64,000 nucleotides of DNA from an uncultured Hyphomicrobiales bacterium (lineage in GTDB: Bacteria; Bacteroidota; Ignavibacteria; Kapaibacteriales; UBA2268), in NCBI GenBank assembly GCA_964472015.1, contig CAYYIP010000004.1:8543-72542 (forward strand). Direction: 5' to 3'. Below are positions 48,952 through 59,970 of the stretch, one piece after another. The position numbers and the translations under genes were made by a program. The notes beneath the pieces were generated by a model. That model was not told where the DNA came from and did not search any database. It worked only from the letters and a program-made list of their open reading frames with translations. Numbering within the stretch: position 1 is the first letter of the stretch; every line of letters begins with the position of its first letter.

Positions 48952-51900
48952 ATGAGTATATATAAAAGATCAATAAATAGGCCGATTACTACATTGTTAA
49001 TATTTGTAGCAGTGATAATATTAGGACTTTTTTCATTGCTAAAACTACCTATTGATTTATTCCCGGAGTTAGAACCGCCTTTTGTAAGTATAATTACAAC
49101 TTATCCAGGTGCAAATGGTAGTGAAATTGAAACTAATGTAACAAAGTTATTAGAAAATTCATTGAATTCTGTTGATGGATTAAATAAAATAACATCAAGT
49201 TCAAAAGATAATATGTCACTTGTAACTCTTGAATTTGAGTGGGGACATAATCTTGATGAAGCAGTAAATGATATAAGATCGGCAATAGATGTAGTATATG
49301 ATAATCTCCCAGATGGATGTTCTAAGCCATTAATTTTTAAGTTTAATTCTAATATGATGCCTATTATGTCTTATGCTTTTACTGCAAAAGAAAGTTATGC
49401 AGGACTTGAAAAAATATTAGAAGATAATGTTGTTAATGTATTAAATAAAATAGATGGAATTGGAAATATATCTTTATCAGGTGCACCAAAAAGATATGTT
49501 TATATTGATTTAGATCCTAATAAAGTTAATGCTTATAATTTAACATTAGAACAAGTAGGACAAGCAGTTTCATCAAATAATTTAAATCTTGCGTCTGGAT
49601 CTGTTAAGATGGGCAAAGAGCAATATCAACTTAGAGTACAAAGTGAATATATTGAAAGTTCTGAAATAGGTGATATTGTAGTTTCTACGTCTATGATGGG
49701 TGTACCGGTGTATTTGCGGGATATAGCAACAGTTAGAGATACAATAAAAGATATTGCGCTTGAAGAAAAAATTAATGGGGTAGATGGAGTAAGACTTATA
49801 GTATTGAAACAATCAAATGCTAATACGGTAGATATTTGTGAAAAAGTACATTTAGAGATGGCAAAAATTAAAAAGAATCTTCCAAAGGATATAGATATTA
49901 ACTTGATTTTTGAATCAGCTGATGATATACGTGGTGCAGTGAATGGATTATCAGAAGCAATTATGTATGCTTTAATTTTTGTTGTTCTTGTTATTTTATT
50001 TTTCTTAGGACGATGGAGAGCTACTATAATAATAGCTCTGACTATTCCTATTTCATTGATAGTATCTTTTATTTATCTTTTATTTACTGATAGTTCTTTG
50101 AATATTATTTCGCTTAGTGCCTTGAGTGTGGCTATTGGTATGGTAGTAGATGATGCTATAGTTGTATTGGAAAATATTACTAGACATATAGATAGAGGTT
50201 CAAATCCACGAGATGCATCTATATATGCAACTAATGAAGTATGGATTGCGGTAATAACAACAACTTTAGTTATTGTAGTTGTATTTGTTCCTCTTACTAT
50301 GCTCGGCGGAATGGCAGGTACTATGTTTAAGGAACTTGGATGGATAGTTACTATTGTTATTTGTACTTCTACTTTGGTTGCTATTTCATTGACTCCAATG
50401 TTATCTTCTAAGTTATTGAAATCTAAAAAAATAATTATTAATAAAGATGGATATGTTGAAGATGTTGAAAATAGAGATGGATGGTATCAAAAAAATATTG
50501 TTACTTTTTTAGATAAGATTGATAAGTTTTATGCGAATGTATTAAGAAAATGTTTAGATCATAAAAAGAAAACTATATTTATTGCATTTACAATTTTTAT
50601 TATTTCTTTATTACCTTTTGTTTTGGGTGGAATTGGAACAGATTTTATTCCAATGCAAGATAATGGACGTCTTAATGTAAGTATAGAATTACAACGCGGT
50701 ACAAGAATTGAAGAAGCTATTGCTAGTGCACGTAAAATAGAAAAAAGGGTAGTTGCATTAGTTCCTGAACTTAGATTAATATCTACATCTACGGGGGCAG
50801 ATGATGAAGCCGGTTTTGCAGCTTTATTTGGAAACGCAAGTAATAATAAAATATCAATGATAATTAAAACAACTAAAAAAAATAAGCGTAATCGTTCTAT
50901 TGTTGATATTGCAGAAGTTTTAAGGAAAGAATTTGATAAAATACCAGAAATAATTACTTATCAAGTATCAACTTCTAATGGTATGGCCTTCGGCGGAGGT
51001 TCAACAGTAGATATTGAAGTATTTGGATATGATTTTGATAGAACAAATAAAGTAGTGAATGATATAAAATTAATGGTTAAAAATATTAAAGGCGCAAGAG
51101 ATATAAAAGTAAGTAGAGAAGAAGATAGAGCTGAGTTAAAAATTGTATGTGATAAGACAAAATTAGCTTTACACGGTTTAAATTCCGCAACAGTTGCTAG
51201 ATATGTACGTAATCGTGTATATGGAATGAACGCAGGATTTTTGAAAGAAGATGGTAAAGAATATGATATAGTGGTAAGAGTTACTGAAGAATATAGAAAT
51301 ACTATTACGGATATTGAAGAATTAACAATTATGACCCCAAGAGGGAAGTTATTAAAACTTAAAGAAATTGCAACTATTAAAGAATATTGGAATCCGCCAA
51401 ACATTGAAAGGCAGGCAAGACAACGTATTGTAAAAGTGTCGGTAACACCTGTTGATATTTCACTTGGTGAATTAGCAAATGTTATTGAAAAAGATATTAA
51501 AAAAATAAATATACCACAAGATATAAGTATTAATATAGGTGGAAATTATGAAGAACAACAAAAAACATTTGCTGATTTGGGAGTTTTGTTCTTGTTAATT
51601 GTATTATTGGTTTATATTGTTATGGCATCCCAATTTGAATCATATGCTAAGCCTTTTATTATTATGATGTCCGTTCCTTTTGCGTTTTCGGGAGCAATTT
51701 TAGCTCTGTGGATTACTAATTATGATCTAGATATGATAGGTGCATTAGGGGTAGTATTACTTGTAGGTATAGTTGTTAAAAATGGTATTGTACTAGTGGA
51801 TTACATAAACTTAATGAGAGATAGAGGATATGAATTAAAAGAAGCTATTGCTTTATCTGGACAATCTAGGTTGAGACCTGTACTAATGACTGCGGTAACT

Positions 51901-52119
51901 ACTATTCTTGGGATGTTCCCAATGGCATTAAGTACAAGTGAAGGCTCAGAAATTTGGGTGCCTATGGGAATAGTAGTTATTGGCGGACTTACAGTATCTA
52001 CTTTTGTTACTTTAATTATTGTACCAGTGTTATATGCTGTTATGTCTCGTAAAGGTGAACGAGATAAAACAAAAAAAGTTCGTGAAAAATTTATTTTTAT
52101 GAATCTTTCTGATAAATAA
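48952..52119 (+). CDS. RND efflux transporter, AcrB/HAE1-like
   Basis: 1055 aa with 12 TM helices. TM4 motif AIGMVVDDAIVVLENI. Confidence 0.9.
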   Translation: MSIYKRSINRPITTLLIFVAVIILGLFSLLKLPIDLFPELEPPFVSIITTYPGANGSEIETNVTKLLENSLNSVDGLNKITSSSKDNMSLVTLEFEWGHNLDEAVNDIRSAIDVVYDNLPDGCSKPLIFKFNSNMMPIMSYAFTAKESYAGLEKILEDNVVNVLNKIDGIGNISLSGAPKRYVYIDLDPNKVNAYNLTLEQVGQAVSSNNLNLASGSVKMGKEQYQLRVQSEYIESSEIGDIVVSTSMMGVPVYLRDIATVRDTIKDIALEEKINGVDGVRLIVLKQSNANTVDICEKVHLEMAKIKKNLPKDIDINLIFESADDIRGAVNGLSEAIMYALIFVVLVILFFLGRWRATIIIALTIPISLIVSFIYLLFTDSSLNIISLSALSVAIGMVVDDAIVVLENITRHIDRGSNPRDASIYATNEVWIAVITTTLVIVVVFVPLTMLGGMAGTMFKELGWIVTIVICTSTLVAISLTPMLSSKLLKSKKIIINKDGYVEDVENRDGWYQKNIVTFLDKIDKFYANVLRKCLDHKKKTIFIAFTIFIISLLPFVLGGIGTDFIPMQDNGRLNVSIELQRGTRIEEAIASARKIEKRVVALVPELRLISTSTGADDEAGFAALFGNASNNKISMIIKTTKKNKRNRSIVDIAEVLRKEFDKIPEIITYQVSTSNGMAFGGGSTVDIEVFGYDFDRTNKVVNDIKLMVKNIKGARDIKVSREEDRAELKIVCDKTKLALHGLNSATVARYVRNRVYGMNAGFLKEDGKEYDIVVRVTEEYRNTITDIEELTIMTPRGKLLKLKEIATIKEYWNPPNIERQARQRIVKVSVTPVDISLGELANVIEKDIKKINIPQDISINIGGNYEEQQKTFADLGVLFLLIVLLVYIVMASQFESYAKPFIIMMSVPFAFSGAILALWITNYDLDMIGALGVVLLVGIVVKNGIVLVDYINLMRDRGYELKEAIALSGQSRLRPVLMTAVTTILGMFPMALSTSEGSEIWVPMGIVVIGGLTVSTFVTLIIVPVLYAVMSRKGERDKTKKVREKFIFMNLSDK

Positions 52120-52296
52120 AAGTAACAAGTAAAATAATAAATAAATTTTAATTTTATAGTAGTATAGTTGCTATACTACTATAAAAGTTTTTAGAATATA
52201 ATTGAAATAATAATTGAATATTTTAAAAAGTTAAATTTTTTTGATATTTAAAAGTTAATATTTAAAATTAATATTTAATTATGAAAGGATGAATTT

Positions 52297-52590
52297 ATGA
52301 AAGCTGTATTTATAGTATTTAATCAATCAAATACGGAAAGAGTTGAATATATTTTGGATCAATTGGATATAAGAGGGTTTACCTTATGGGAACAAATACA
52401 AGGACGAGGTACTGAAACTGGCGAACCGAGACGAGGAACCCATACTTGGCCTGAAATGAACTCAGCAGTTATTACTATTATTGAAGATGAAAAAGTAGAC
52501 GAACTATTACAAACAGTTAGAAAACTTGATAATCGTAATAAAGAAATTGGCGTAAGAGCTTTTGTTTGGAATGTAGAAAAAACAGTATAA
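52297..52590 (+). CDS. Small P-II-like (DUF3240-like) protein of the type often encoded next to RND pumps
   Basis: 97 aa with a beta-alpha-beta ferredoxin-like pattern. GRGTETGEPRRG loop. Confidence 0.35.
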   Translation: MKAVFIVFNQSNTERVEYILDQLDIRGFTLWEQIQGRGTETGEPRRGTHTWPEMNSAVITIIEDEKVDELLQTVRKLDNRNKEIGVRAFVWNVEKTV

Positions 52591-52976
52591 TATAATAATT
52601 ATATATAAAATTCTAATGCTTCTAATATCATAAGATTTAGAAACAAAATCAAAATTACTATATAAATTTAAGTTTAGTAGATTTATTAACTAAAAATAAA
52701 TATGAAAATATAGATAATATTGATAATATTTATCGAAATTGTATTTGTTTCTAACAACTTTTAAATATAAACAAAATATTTTGTTTTATTTAGGAATGTT
52801 AAAAAAATGAGTTTTTTTAACATATATATTAAAAATTAAATAATAAAAACAATTTAAATATTTTTTAGAAAAAAAAATTTAGTTATTTTGTAATTTATAA
52901 ACTTGTAAAATATAACAAAATTATAAATAATTAAAAATAAATAAAGTATATATAAATAAATATTAAAGTTGATGTT

Positions 52977-54725
52977 ATGCCAAATATCTATATAGATGGA
53001 AAAAAGATTGAAGCAACCGATGGCGAAACAGTAATAAATGCTGCTTTTAGAAATGGAATAAATATCCCTCATTTTTGTTGGCATCCTGAATTATCTATTA
53101 GTGGTAATTGTAGAATGTGTCTTGTAGAAATAGGTAGTCCTAAACGCAATAAAGATGGCTCTAGTGTAATAGATGCAGATGGGAATTTAGAAATTTCTTA
53201 TATGCCAAAATTACAAATAGCTTGTAATACAATTGTATCAGAAGGTTTACATATAAGAACTAATACTGCTAAAGTCAAAAAAGCTCGTGAAGCAGTAATG
53301 GAATTTATATTGATAAATCATCCACTTGATTGTCCAATATGTGATGAAGCTGGTCAATGTAAATTGCAAGAATATTCACAGATTTATTCTAATGGTGTTA
53401 GTAGATTTGAAGAGGCAAAAAATATTAATTCTAAACGCGTGGAATGGAATGAAAAAATAATGTATGATGCAGAACGCTGTATATCTTGTGGTCGTTGTAT
53501 TCGTTTTACGCACGAAATAGCAGATGAAGATATTTTAACGTTCATTAATAGAGGCGATAAAGTACGCATTGAACGGTTTGATGATGCTAAATTGCAAAAT
53601 TCATATTCTATGAATGTTATAGATATTTGCCCAGTCGGAGCCTTGACAAGTAGAGATTTTAGATTTAAAGCAAGAGTTTGGGAGATGAGTTTTAATGATA
53701 CTATATGTACGGGATGTTCACGAGGGTGTAATATAAGAGCAGGTGTGAAAAATAATAAAATTTTACGTTTAGAACCACGACAAAATGTATATGTAAATAA
53801 AAATTGGATGTGTGATGAAGGGCGTCTTCAATATAGTTTTATAAATGATAATAGAATAAATACTGTAAGAATACGTAAAAATGGGACATTAGTAGAAAGC
53901 AATTTTGAAGAAGCAATTTCTTTAATTCAAACATCTTTAAAAAATATATCTACATCTCAAATCTATTTTTTAGCTTCATCAATAGCATCAACTGAAACTA
54001 ATTATTTATTAAAATTATTTGCTAATAATAATTTAAAAAATAATAATATTGTTTATTTAGATAGAATAGATAATACTTTTGCCGATAATTTTTTAAAGCA
54101 AAGTTATAGAAGTCCAAATACTGATGGACTTAAAGCTTTAAATATAAGTAATATCAAGATAGAAGAATTAATTTCAAAAATTAATTCAAATTCAATAAAA
54201 GCACTTTATATTCTTGATGAAGATTTTACTTTTTGTGAAGAATTAATACCCGTTTTAGAACGTTTAGATTTCCTTGTTATTCATAGTTATAACGAAAATG
54301 AAGCATTAAAATATGCAAATGTTGTGTTTCCTATTTTGACTTTCGCTGAACAAGAAGGTACTTTTATAAATTGTAATAACCGCGTTCAATACTTTTCACC
54401 TGTTATAAAAACAAATAATATATTGTTGTCGTCGAATGCAAAATTAAATCAAAGTAGACTTGATAAATTTGGTGCTTATAACGATAAATGGCATAATAAA
54501 GAAGATGTAAATGCATTTGCAAGTTGGTCTATTTTATCAAAATTATGTGGAAAAAATATAAGAACAAGTGAAGATATTTTTAAAGAAATTTGTAATAATT
54601 ATAATTTGTTTAAAGGATTAAATTATGATTTATTAGTTAAGCATCGAGGTGTTGTTTTAGGAAATTCTAATCCAGATTATGAGCCACTACAAGTTATATA
54701 CCAGCAAAATGAATTAAGACCATAA
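52977..54725 (+). CDS. NuoG-like 75-kDa-type iron-sulfur oxidoreductase subunit (2Fe-2S and 4Fe-4S N-terminal domains)
   Basis: IYIDGKKIEATDGETVINAA...HFCWHPELSISGNCRMCLVE. HPLDCPICDEAGQCKLQ. CISCGRCIRF. Confidence 0.7.
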   Translation: MPNIYIDGKKIEATDGETVINAAFRNGINIPHFCWHPELSISGNCRMCLVEIGSPKRNKDGSSVIDADGNLEISYMPKLQIACNTIVSEGLHIRTNTAKVKKAREAVMEFILINHPLDCPICDEAGQCKLQEYSQIYSNGVSRFEEAKNINSKRVEWNEKIMYDAERCISCGRCIRFTHEIADEDILTFINRGDKVRIERFDDAKLQNSYSMNVIDICPVGALTSRDFRFKARVWEMSFNDTICTGCSRGCNIRAGVKNNKILRLEPRQNVYVNKNWMCDEGRLQYSFINDNRINTVRIRKNGTLVESNFEEAISLIQTSLKNISTSQIYFLASSIASTETNYLLKLFANNNLKNNNIVYLDRIDNTFADNFLKQSYRSPNTDGLKALNISNIKIEELISKINSNSIKALYILDEDFTFCEELIPVLERLDFLVIHSYNENEALKYANVVFPILTFAEQEGTFINCNNRVQYFSPVIKTNNILLSSNAKLNQSRLDKFGAYNDKWHNKEDVNAFASWSILSKLCGKNIRTSEDIFKEICNNYNLFKGLNYDLLVKHRGVVLGNSNPDYEPLQVIYQQNELRP

Positions 54726-54771
54726 AATTAAATTATATATTTTCTTTTTTATTTATTATTAGAAAATTAAT

Positions 54772-55863
54772 ATGATTAAATGTTATAAATTATATAGTTT
54801 TATATTAGAAGATTTGATATTAAAAAAAATATCTATAATACTACTTAGTATGGTAATTTTATGTTCTTGTGAGAGTGGTAAACCTTTAAATATGGAAGCT
54901 GATATTATAAGTATAGATTTTGTAGAAGATATTATTCCTAGTTCTATACAAGTAACTTCATCTACAATAAATATTTATTTAGATAAAAATGTAGATGTAT
55001 CGGCACTTACACCAATTATTACAATAACTGAAGGTGCTAGTATATTTCCGCCTTCTAATGTTATTCAAGATTTTAGAAATAAAGTTACTTATACTGTAAC
55101 ATCTGAAGATGGGAATTGGAAACAAGTTTATAATGTAAAAATATTCCCCGCATTTAGTTGGGAAGATGGATTTGAAAATTGGGTAAAAGGTTATAACGAT
55201 GATTTTGAAGTCCCCCTAGGATGGGCTACTGCTAATGCAGGGATTTCTATTTTAAATAAATTATTACCTGAGCACTTGAGAATAAAATATCCTACATATA
55301 AAAGTACAGATGCTTACTTGGGAGATTTTGCAGTAGAATTGCAAACACGTAGAGGTTTAGATAATTCTGAAATTTTACCAAAATTAATATCAGGTTCAAT
55401 ATTTATTGGAAGTTTTAATACCTCTTTTGCAATGATAGACAAATTAAAATGTCCACAACTCGGCGCTGCTTTTCAATATGATGAAAGTAAACGACCCGAT
55501 AAACTTGCTGCTTGGATAAAATATACACCAGGTAAAATTTATCAAAATGAATATGGCGAACCAGATCCTAATTGTATAGATACCTGTGCCTTTTATGCTA
55601 TTTTGTTTGAAGGGGTAGAGCCTTTAACTTCCTATGAAATAAAAGCAAGTGATCGTATAATAGCAAAAGCTGATATGAAGTCTTTACAAGTAAGTAATAT
55701 TTATTCTTATGTTGAAGTTCCATTTGAATATAGAAGAGAAATACCTACCGACGTACCTTTACAAATGACAATTGTTGCTTCATCTAGTAAAGATGGTGAT
55801 TTTTTTAAAGGTGCATATGATAGTAAATTAAATATTGATAATGTTAAAATTATTTTTAAATAG
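54772..55863 (+). CDS. Hypothetical lipoprotein
   Basis: Lipobox VILCSCESGK. Ig-like N-terminal region. No firm family. Confidence 0.4.
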   Translation: MIKCYKLYSFILEDLILKKISIILLSMVILCSCESGKPLNMEADIISIDFVEDIIPSSIQVTSSTINIYLDKNVDVSALTPIITITEGASIFPPSNVIQDFRNKVTYTVTSEDGNWKQVYNVKIFPAFSWEDGFENWVKGYNDDFEVPLGWATANAGISILNKLLPEHLRIKYPTYKSTDAYLGDFAVELQTRRGLDNSEILPKLISGSIFIGSFNTSFAMIDKLKCPQLGAAFQYDESKRPDKLAAWIKYTPGKIYQNEYGEPDPNCIDTCAFYAILFEGVEPLTSYEIKASDRIIAKADMKSLQVSNIYSYVEVPFEYRREIPTDVPLQMTIVASSSKDGDFFKGAYDSKLNIDNVKIIFK

Positions 55864-55875
55864 AAAATAGAAAAA

Positions 55876-56658
55876 ATGTTAAAACAAATAATTATAAATT
55901 CAATTCTTATTTTTATTTTTTCGTCTATTTTTGTTTTTGCTGTTGAAATTACAGGAAATGATATTGAAGAAATATATAATCAATCTAATAAGTCTCAAAG
56001 TATAGATTATAAAATAAAATTTGGAGTTAATACAGGTGCTTCAACCCCTATTCCTATTTCAAATAGGTTATCTAATTTTTCATGGAAACCTACTTTTTGT
56101 CCTTTTACAGAAATTAACTTAGCATTTTTTAATAAAGATAGTTGGGGCTTTTCTACAGGTGCAAAAATAGAATATAAAGGTATGGATATATCAGCCAATG
56201 TTTATCAGCTTTATACTGAAGTGGAGATAGATAATTTATTAACAAAAGGATATTTTACGGGGTCTAATGAAACATTTTTAAAAGTTGGATATTTTACAAT
56301 TCCATTATGTATAAATTATAATCTTAGTAATTTTTGTAATTTTAATTTAGGAACTTATGCTAGCATAAAACTTGCAGGTGAGTTTAAAGGTGCAGTAAAA
56401 AAAGGATATATTCGCGTAGGGGAACCAACAGGTGAACGTACCGATGTTGAAATTAATGAATTTGATTTTTCTGATGAAATTCGTACATTTAATTTTGGGA
56501 TAATAGGTGGTTTTTGTAAACATATAACAAAAAAAATATATTTTGATTTACAATTAAATTGGGCAGTAAATGATTTACTGAATGCTAATTTTACAGGAAT
56601 TAGTTATGATTTATATAATGTATATGCTTCAATAGGAGTTTGTTATAAATTAAAATAA
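55876..56658 (+). CDS. Hypothetical secreted/outer-membrane beta-barrel-like protein
   Basis: Signal peptide and alternating beta pattern in 260 aa. Confidence 0.35.
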   Translation: MLKQIIINSILIFIFSSIFVFAVEITGNDIEEIYNQSNKSQSIDYKIKFGVNTGASTPIPISNRLSNFSWKPTFCPFTEINLAFFNKDSWGFSTGAKIEYKGMDISANVYQLYTEVEIDNLLTKGYFTGSNETFLKVGYFTIPLCINYNLSNFCNFNLGTYASIKLAGEFKGAVKKGYIRVGEPTGERTDVEINEFDFSDEIRTFNFGIIGGFCKHITKKIYFDLQLNWAVNDLLNANFTGISYDLYNVYASIGVCYKLK

Positions 56659-56675
56659 ATTAGAATTTTTAAAAG

Positions 56676-56710
56676 AAAAAAGTTAGTTAATTTATTAACT
56701 AACTTTTTTA
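56676..56710. terminator. Bidirectional intrinsic terminator
   Basis: AAAAAAGTTAGTTAAtttaTTAACTAACTTTTTT. Confidence 0.65.
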
Positions 56711-56767
56711 TAATATTTTTATAATATTTTTTATAATATATTATGATACAATTATGATACTAAAAAA

Positions 56768-57394
56768 TTAATTATTTGCTTTAATACAATATTTTTTTAT
56801 AAAAAATAGTGCAAGCATAATAATAGCTATTATTATTAATATGTATATAATTGCTTTTTCGTAAATTTCTATATAACCATAAAAAATACGCCAATCTTTA
56901 CCAAAATATCCACCTGCGAAACATAATAAACCATACCATAAAAACGATGATATGGAAGCAAGTAATGTAGTTTTTGTCTTTGGAAGTGAAGAAGCCCCCG
57001 CAAAAAAAGAAACAACACCACGTGTTCCTGACATAAATCTATTTACTATAACTAACCACATACCCCACTTTTTAAATAAGTTTTCTACTTTTTTTATAGC
57101 TTTTCTAGAAATAAAAGGCATTTTATTGCCATATATTATTTTATGCTCAAACTTATTTCCTAATAAAAACATTACATAAAATCCTAATGTAGAACCTGCT
57201 ACTGCAAATAATATAACTAACCAAATTAATGTAATATCTTGTTGCCCAATAAGCGCTGCATTTGCTACAACCAACATATCAGATGGTGCGGGCGGAAAAA
57301 TATTTTCTGTAAATGTAGCTACAAAAGCTACTATTAACAACCAGAAAAAAGGTATATTGTTTAATATAGATATAATTTGTTCTATGTATTCCAT
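56768..57394 (-). CDS. DedA/SNARE-associated family membrane protein
   Basis: FWLLIVAFVATFTENIFPPAPSDMLVV motif. Confidence 0.7.
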   Translation of the reverse strand: MEYIEQIISILNNIPFFWLLIVAFVATFTENIFPPAPSDMLVVANAALIGQQDITLIWLVILFAVAGSTLGFYVMFLLGNKFEHKIIYGNKMPFISRKAIKKVENLFKKWGMWLVIVNRFMSGTRGVVSFFAGASSLPKTKTTLLASISSFLWYGLLCFAGGYFGKDWRIFYGYIEIYEKAIIYILIIIAIIMLALFFIKKYCIKANN

Positions 57395-57449
57395 ATGTAA
57401 ATCAATTTTAATAAAATAATTATAGTAAAATAATTATTTTTATATGATT

Positions 57450-58643
57450 TTATTGTTCTAGTATAGCTACTCCAGGTAATATTTTCCCCTCTAAAAATTC
57501 TAGCGAAGCACCACCACCAGTGGAGATATGAGACATTGCCTCACTTAATCCAAATTGATGAACCGCAGCTGCTGAATCACCACCGCCAATTATAGTTGTT
57601 GTTCCTTTTTTAGTTGCTTCTGCCATTGCTTCTGCTATAAATTTTGTACCAAGAGCAAAATTAGGCATTTCAAACACTCCTATTGGTCCATTCCAAATAA
57701 CAGTAGAAGCATTTTGTATTATATTAGAAAAAAGTTTGCGTGTTTTTATTCCCATATCTAATCCCATCCATCCTTCTGGTATCATTGTATAATCTACCAT
57801 TTTTGTTTCAGTATTGTTATCAAATTCTTTACCAACTACAATGTCAATAGGTAAAATAAATTCAACATTTTTTTCTTTTGCTTTTATAAGTAATTCTTTT
57901 GCAATCTCAATCTTATCTTCTTCTAATAAAGATAAACCAACATTAAATCCCATTGATTTAAAGAAAGTATAAGACATTCCACCGCCAATTACAATTGTAT
58001 CACATTTTTCTAAAAGATTATTTATTACATCAATTTTACTCGATATTTTAGAACCACCAATTATTGATACAAATGGACGTTTTGGATTTGAAAGTGCATT
58101 CCCAAGAAATTTAATTTCTTTTAACATTAGCTCACCAACAAATTTTTTAGTGCCAAATAATTTTGGTAATCCTACAGTACTTGAATGAGCTCTATGAGCA
58201 GTACCAAAAGCATCGTTTACAAAAACATCGCCATTCTTTGCTAATTGCTCTGCAAACTTTATATCGTTAAGTTCTTCTTCAGCGTAAAATCTTAAATTTT
58301 CTAGTAAAACTATGTCTCCTAATTTTGCATTATTTATAACTTTTATTGTTTCTGGACCTATACAATCATTTGCAAAATGAACATTAAAATTTAATTTATC
58401 TTTGAGATAATTAGCAACCGGTAATAAAGAATATTTTGCATTTTTTTGACCTTTGGGACGACCTAAATGTGATATTATAACCGGAATCCCTCCATCATTT
58501 ATGATTTTTTTTATTGTTGGAAGAGCAGCTATTATTCTTGTATCATCAGATAATTCACCGCTATCTGTTAGAGGAACGTTAAAATCTACACGTACTATGA
58601 CTTTTTGATTTGCAAAATTATAATCAAAAATTGATCTTATCAT
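57450..58643 (-). CDS. pgk: Phosphoglycerate kinase
   Basis: VIVRVDFNVPL, hinge region and C-terminal GGGASLE. Confidence 0.9.
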   Translation of the reverse strand: MIRSIFDYNFANQKVIVRVDFNVPLTDSGELSDDTRIIAALPTIKKIINDGGIPVIISHLGRPKGQKNAKYSLLPVANYLKDKLNFNVHFANDCIGPETIKVINNAKLGDIVLLENLRFYAEEELNDIKFAEQLAKNGDVFVNDAFGTAHRAHSSTVGLPKLFGTKKFVGELMLKEIKFLGNALSNPKRPFVSIIGGSKISSKIDVINNLLEKCDTIVIGGGMSYTFFKSMGFNVGLSLLEEDKIEIAKELLIKAKEKNVEFILPIDIVVGKEFDNNTETKMVDYTMIPEGWMGLDMGIKTRKLFSNIIQNASTVIWNGPIGVFEMPNFALGTKFIAEAMAEATKKGTTTIIGGGDSAAAVHQFGLSEAMSHISTGGGASLEFLEGKILPGVAILEQ

Positions 58644-58790
58644 ATTTGCTCCATTTGTTTTTGATTAAATTCTTAATATTTTCAAAATAATTATTTTAAA
58701 GTTTATAATAAACTTTAAAATAATATTTTTTATTGTTATTTCTATGTTTTTTTATATATTTTTGTTAAATTTTTTAATTTAAATGTAAAA

Positions 58791-59348
58791 ATGAAAAAAA
58801 ATATAGGTCTTTTTGGTGGTACTTTTGATCCTATTCATAGAGGACATATAGATATTGCTGAATTATTTGTAAAAAAATGTAATTTAGAAAAATGTATTTT
58901 TATACCAACGAAGTTGTCACCTTTTAAAACACAAAAAAAAGATAATCTTTTTTCAATAGAAGAAAGAGTAAATTTAATAAAAGATAATATTAAATATAAT
59001 CCCAAATTTGAAATAAGTGAGTTTGAAATAAAAAGTGAAAACGTAATTTCTTATTCTATAGATACAGTAAAATATTTTAGTACAAAATTTTCAAGTTATT
59101 TTTTATTTTTTTTAATCGGAACAGATCAAGCAATTAAGTTTGATAAATGGAAAGATTATAAAGAAATACTAAAACTAGTAAATGTTGTTATTGCAACACG
59201 TCCAGAAGTTTTTTCTGATGATGATATGAATTGTATAAAACGAATTTTTAAAGGTAAAGAAATTTGGCTAAATAATGATATTATTCCTATAACTGCAACA
59301 AAAATAAGAGAAAAAATAATAAATAATAAATATGATTATAAAATATAG
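58791..59348 (+). CDS. nadD: Nicotinate-nucleotide adenylyltransferase
   Basis: IGLFGGTFDPIHRGHI (HxGH) motif. Confidence 0.8.
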   Translation: MKKNIGLFGGTFDPIHRGHIDIAELFVKKCNLEKCIFIPTKLSPFKTQKKDNLFSIEERVNLIKDNIKYNPKFEISEFEIKSENVISYSIDTVKYFSTKFSSYFLFFLIGTDQAIKFDKWKDYKEILKLVNVVIATRPEVFSDDDMNCIKRIFKGKEIWLNNDIIPITATKIREKIINNKYDYKI

Positions 59349-59349
59349 T

Positions 59350-59931
59350 TTAAATAATATTTAATGATTTAAACATAGTTTCATATATAGCTGCTTTATT
59401 TTCTAATTTTAATGGGTATGCTCGTGAAGTTGAAGGCATTCTATATATTTTTAATTCCCTATTGTAAGTAATATGAGTTATAAAAGAACCCGTTTTTAAT
59501 AATGGTTCTTTTATATTTAAAATATTATATAATGTTTCTAAAGATTTTAATCCAGTAGAAACTATTGTATTACAAAAAATTAATTCAGATAGAATTTCTT
59601 CTAAATTAATATTTTTTACTATTGATAAAAATTTATCGGATGCATTATCTTTTAATCTTATTACAGATTGTCCGACATCTCCTAAAGCTATTTTATTTTT
59701 TATAAGAAATTTTATAATTTTATTTTTGTCAAATTTATCTAATTTTTGATTGAGAAAATAATTTTTATCTTTAAAGAAAATTAATCCAAAAATTCGCCAC
59801 ATATCATTTTGAATATTTGGATAATAAAAATCCATTGACCATTTTTCACATTTAGGAGGGAAACTTCCTAACATAATCAACTTTGAATTTTTAGGTAAAA
59901 ATAACGGTAATAGATGGTTTTCTATAATCAT
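59350..59931 (-). CDS. Uracil-DNA glycosylase superfamily protein (Mug/TDG-like, divergent)
   Basis: Positional equivalents of the Mug motifs: LIMLGSFPP (GINPG), YYPNIQNDMWRI (AHPANRFW) and RMPSTSRA (LPNPSG). Confidence 0.45.
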   Translation of the reverse strand: MIIENHLLPLFLPKNSKLIMLGSFPPKCEKWSMDFYYPNIQNDMWRIFGLIFFKDKNYFLNQKLDKFDKNKIIKFLIKNKIALGDVGQSVIRLKDNASDKFLSIVKNINLEEILSELIFCNTIVSTGLKSLETLYNILNIKEPLLKTGSFITHITYNRELKIYRMPSTSRAYPLKLENKAAIYETMFKSLNII

Positions 59932-59970
59932 AAATTTTATCTATATATTTTTTATATTTAAGTAATTATA

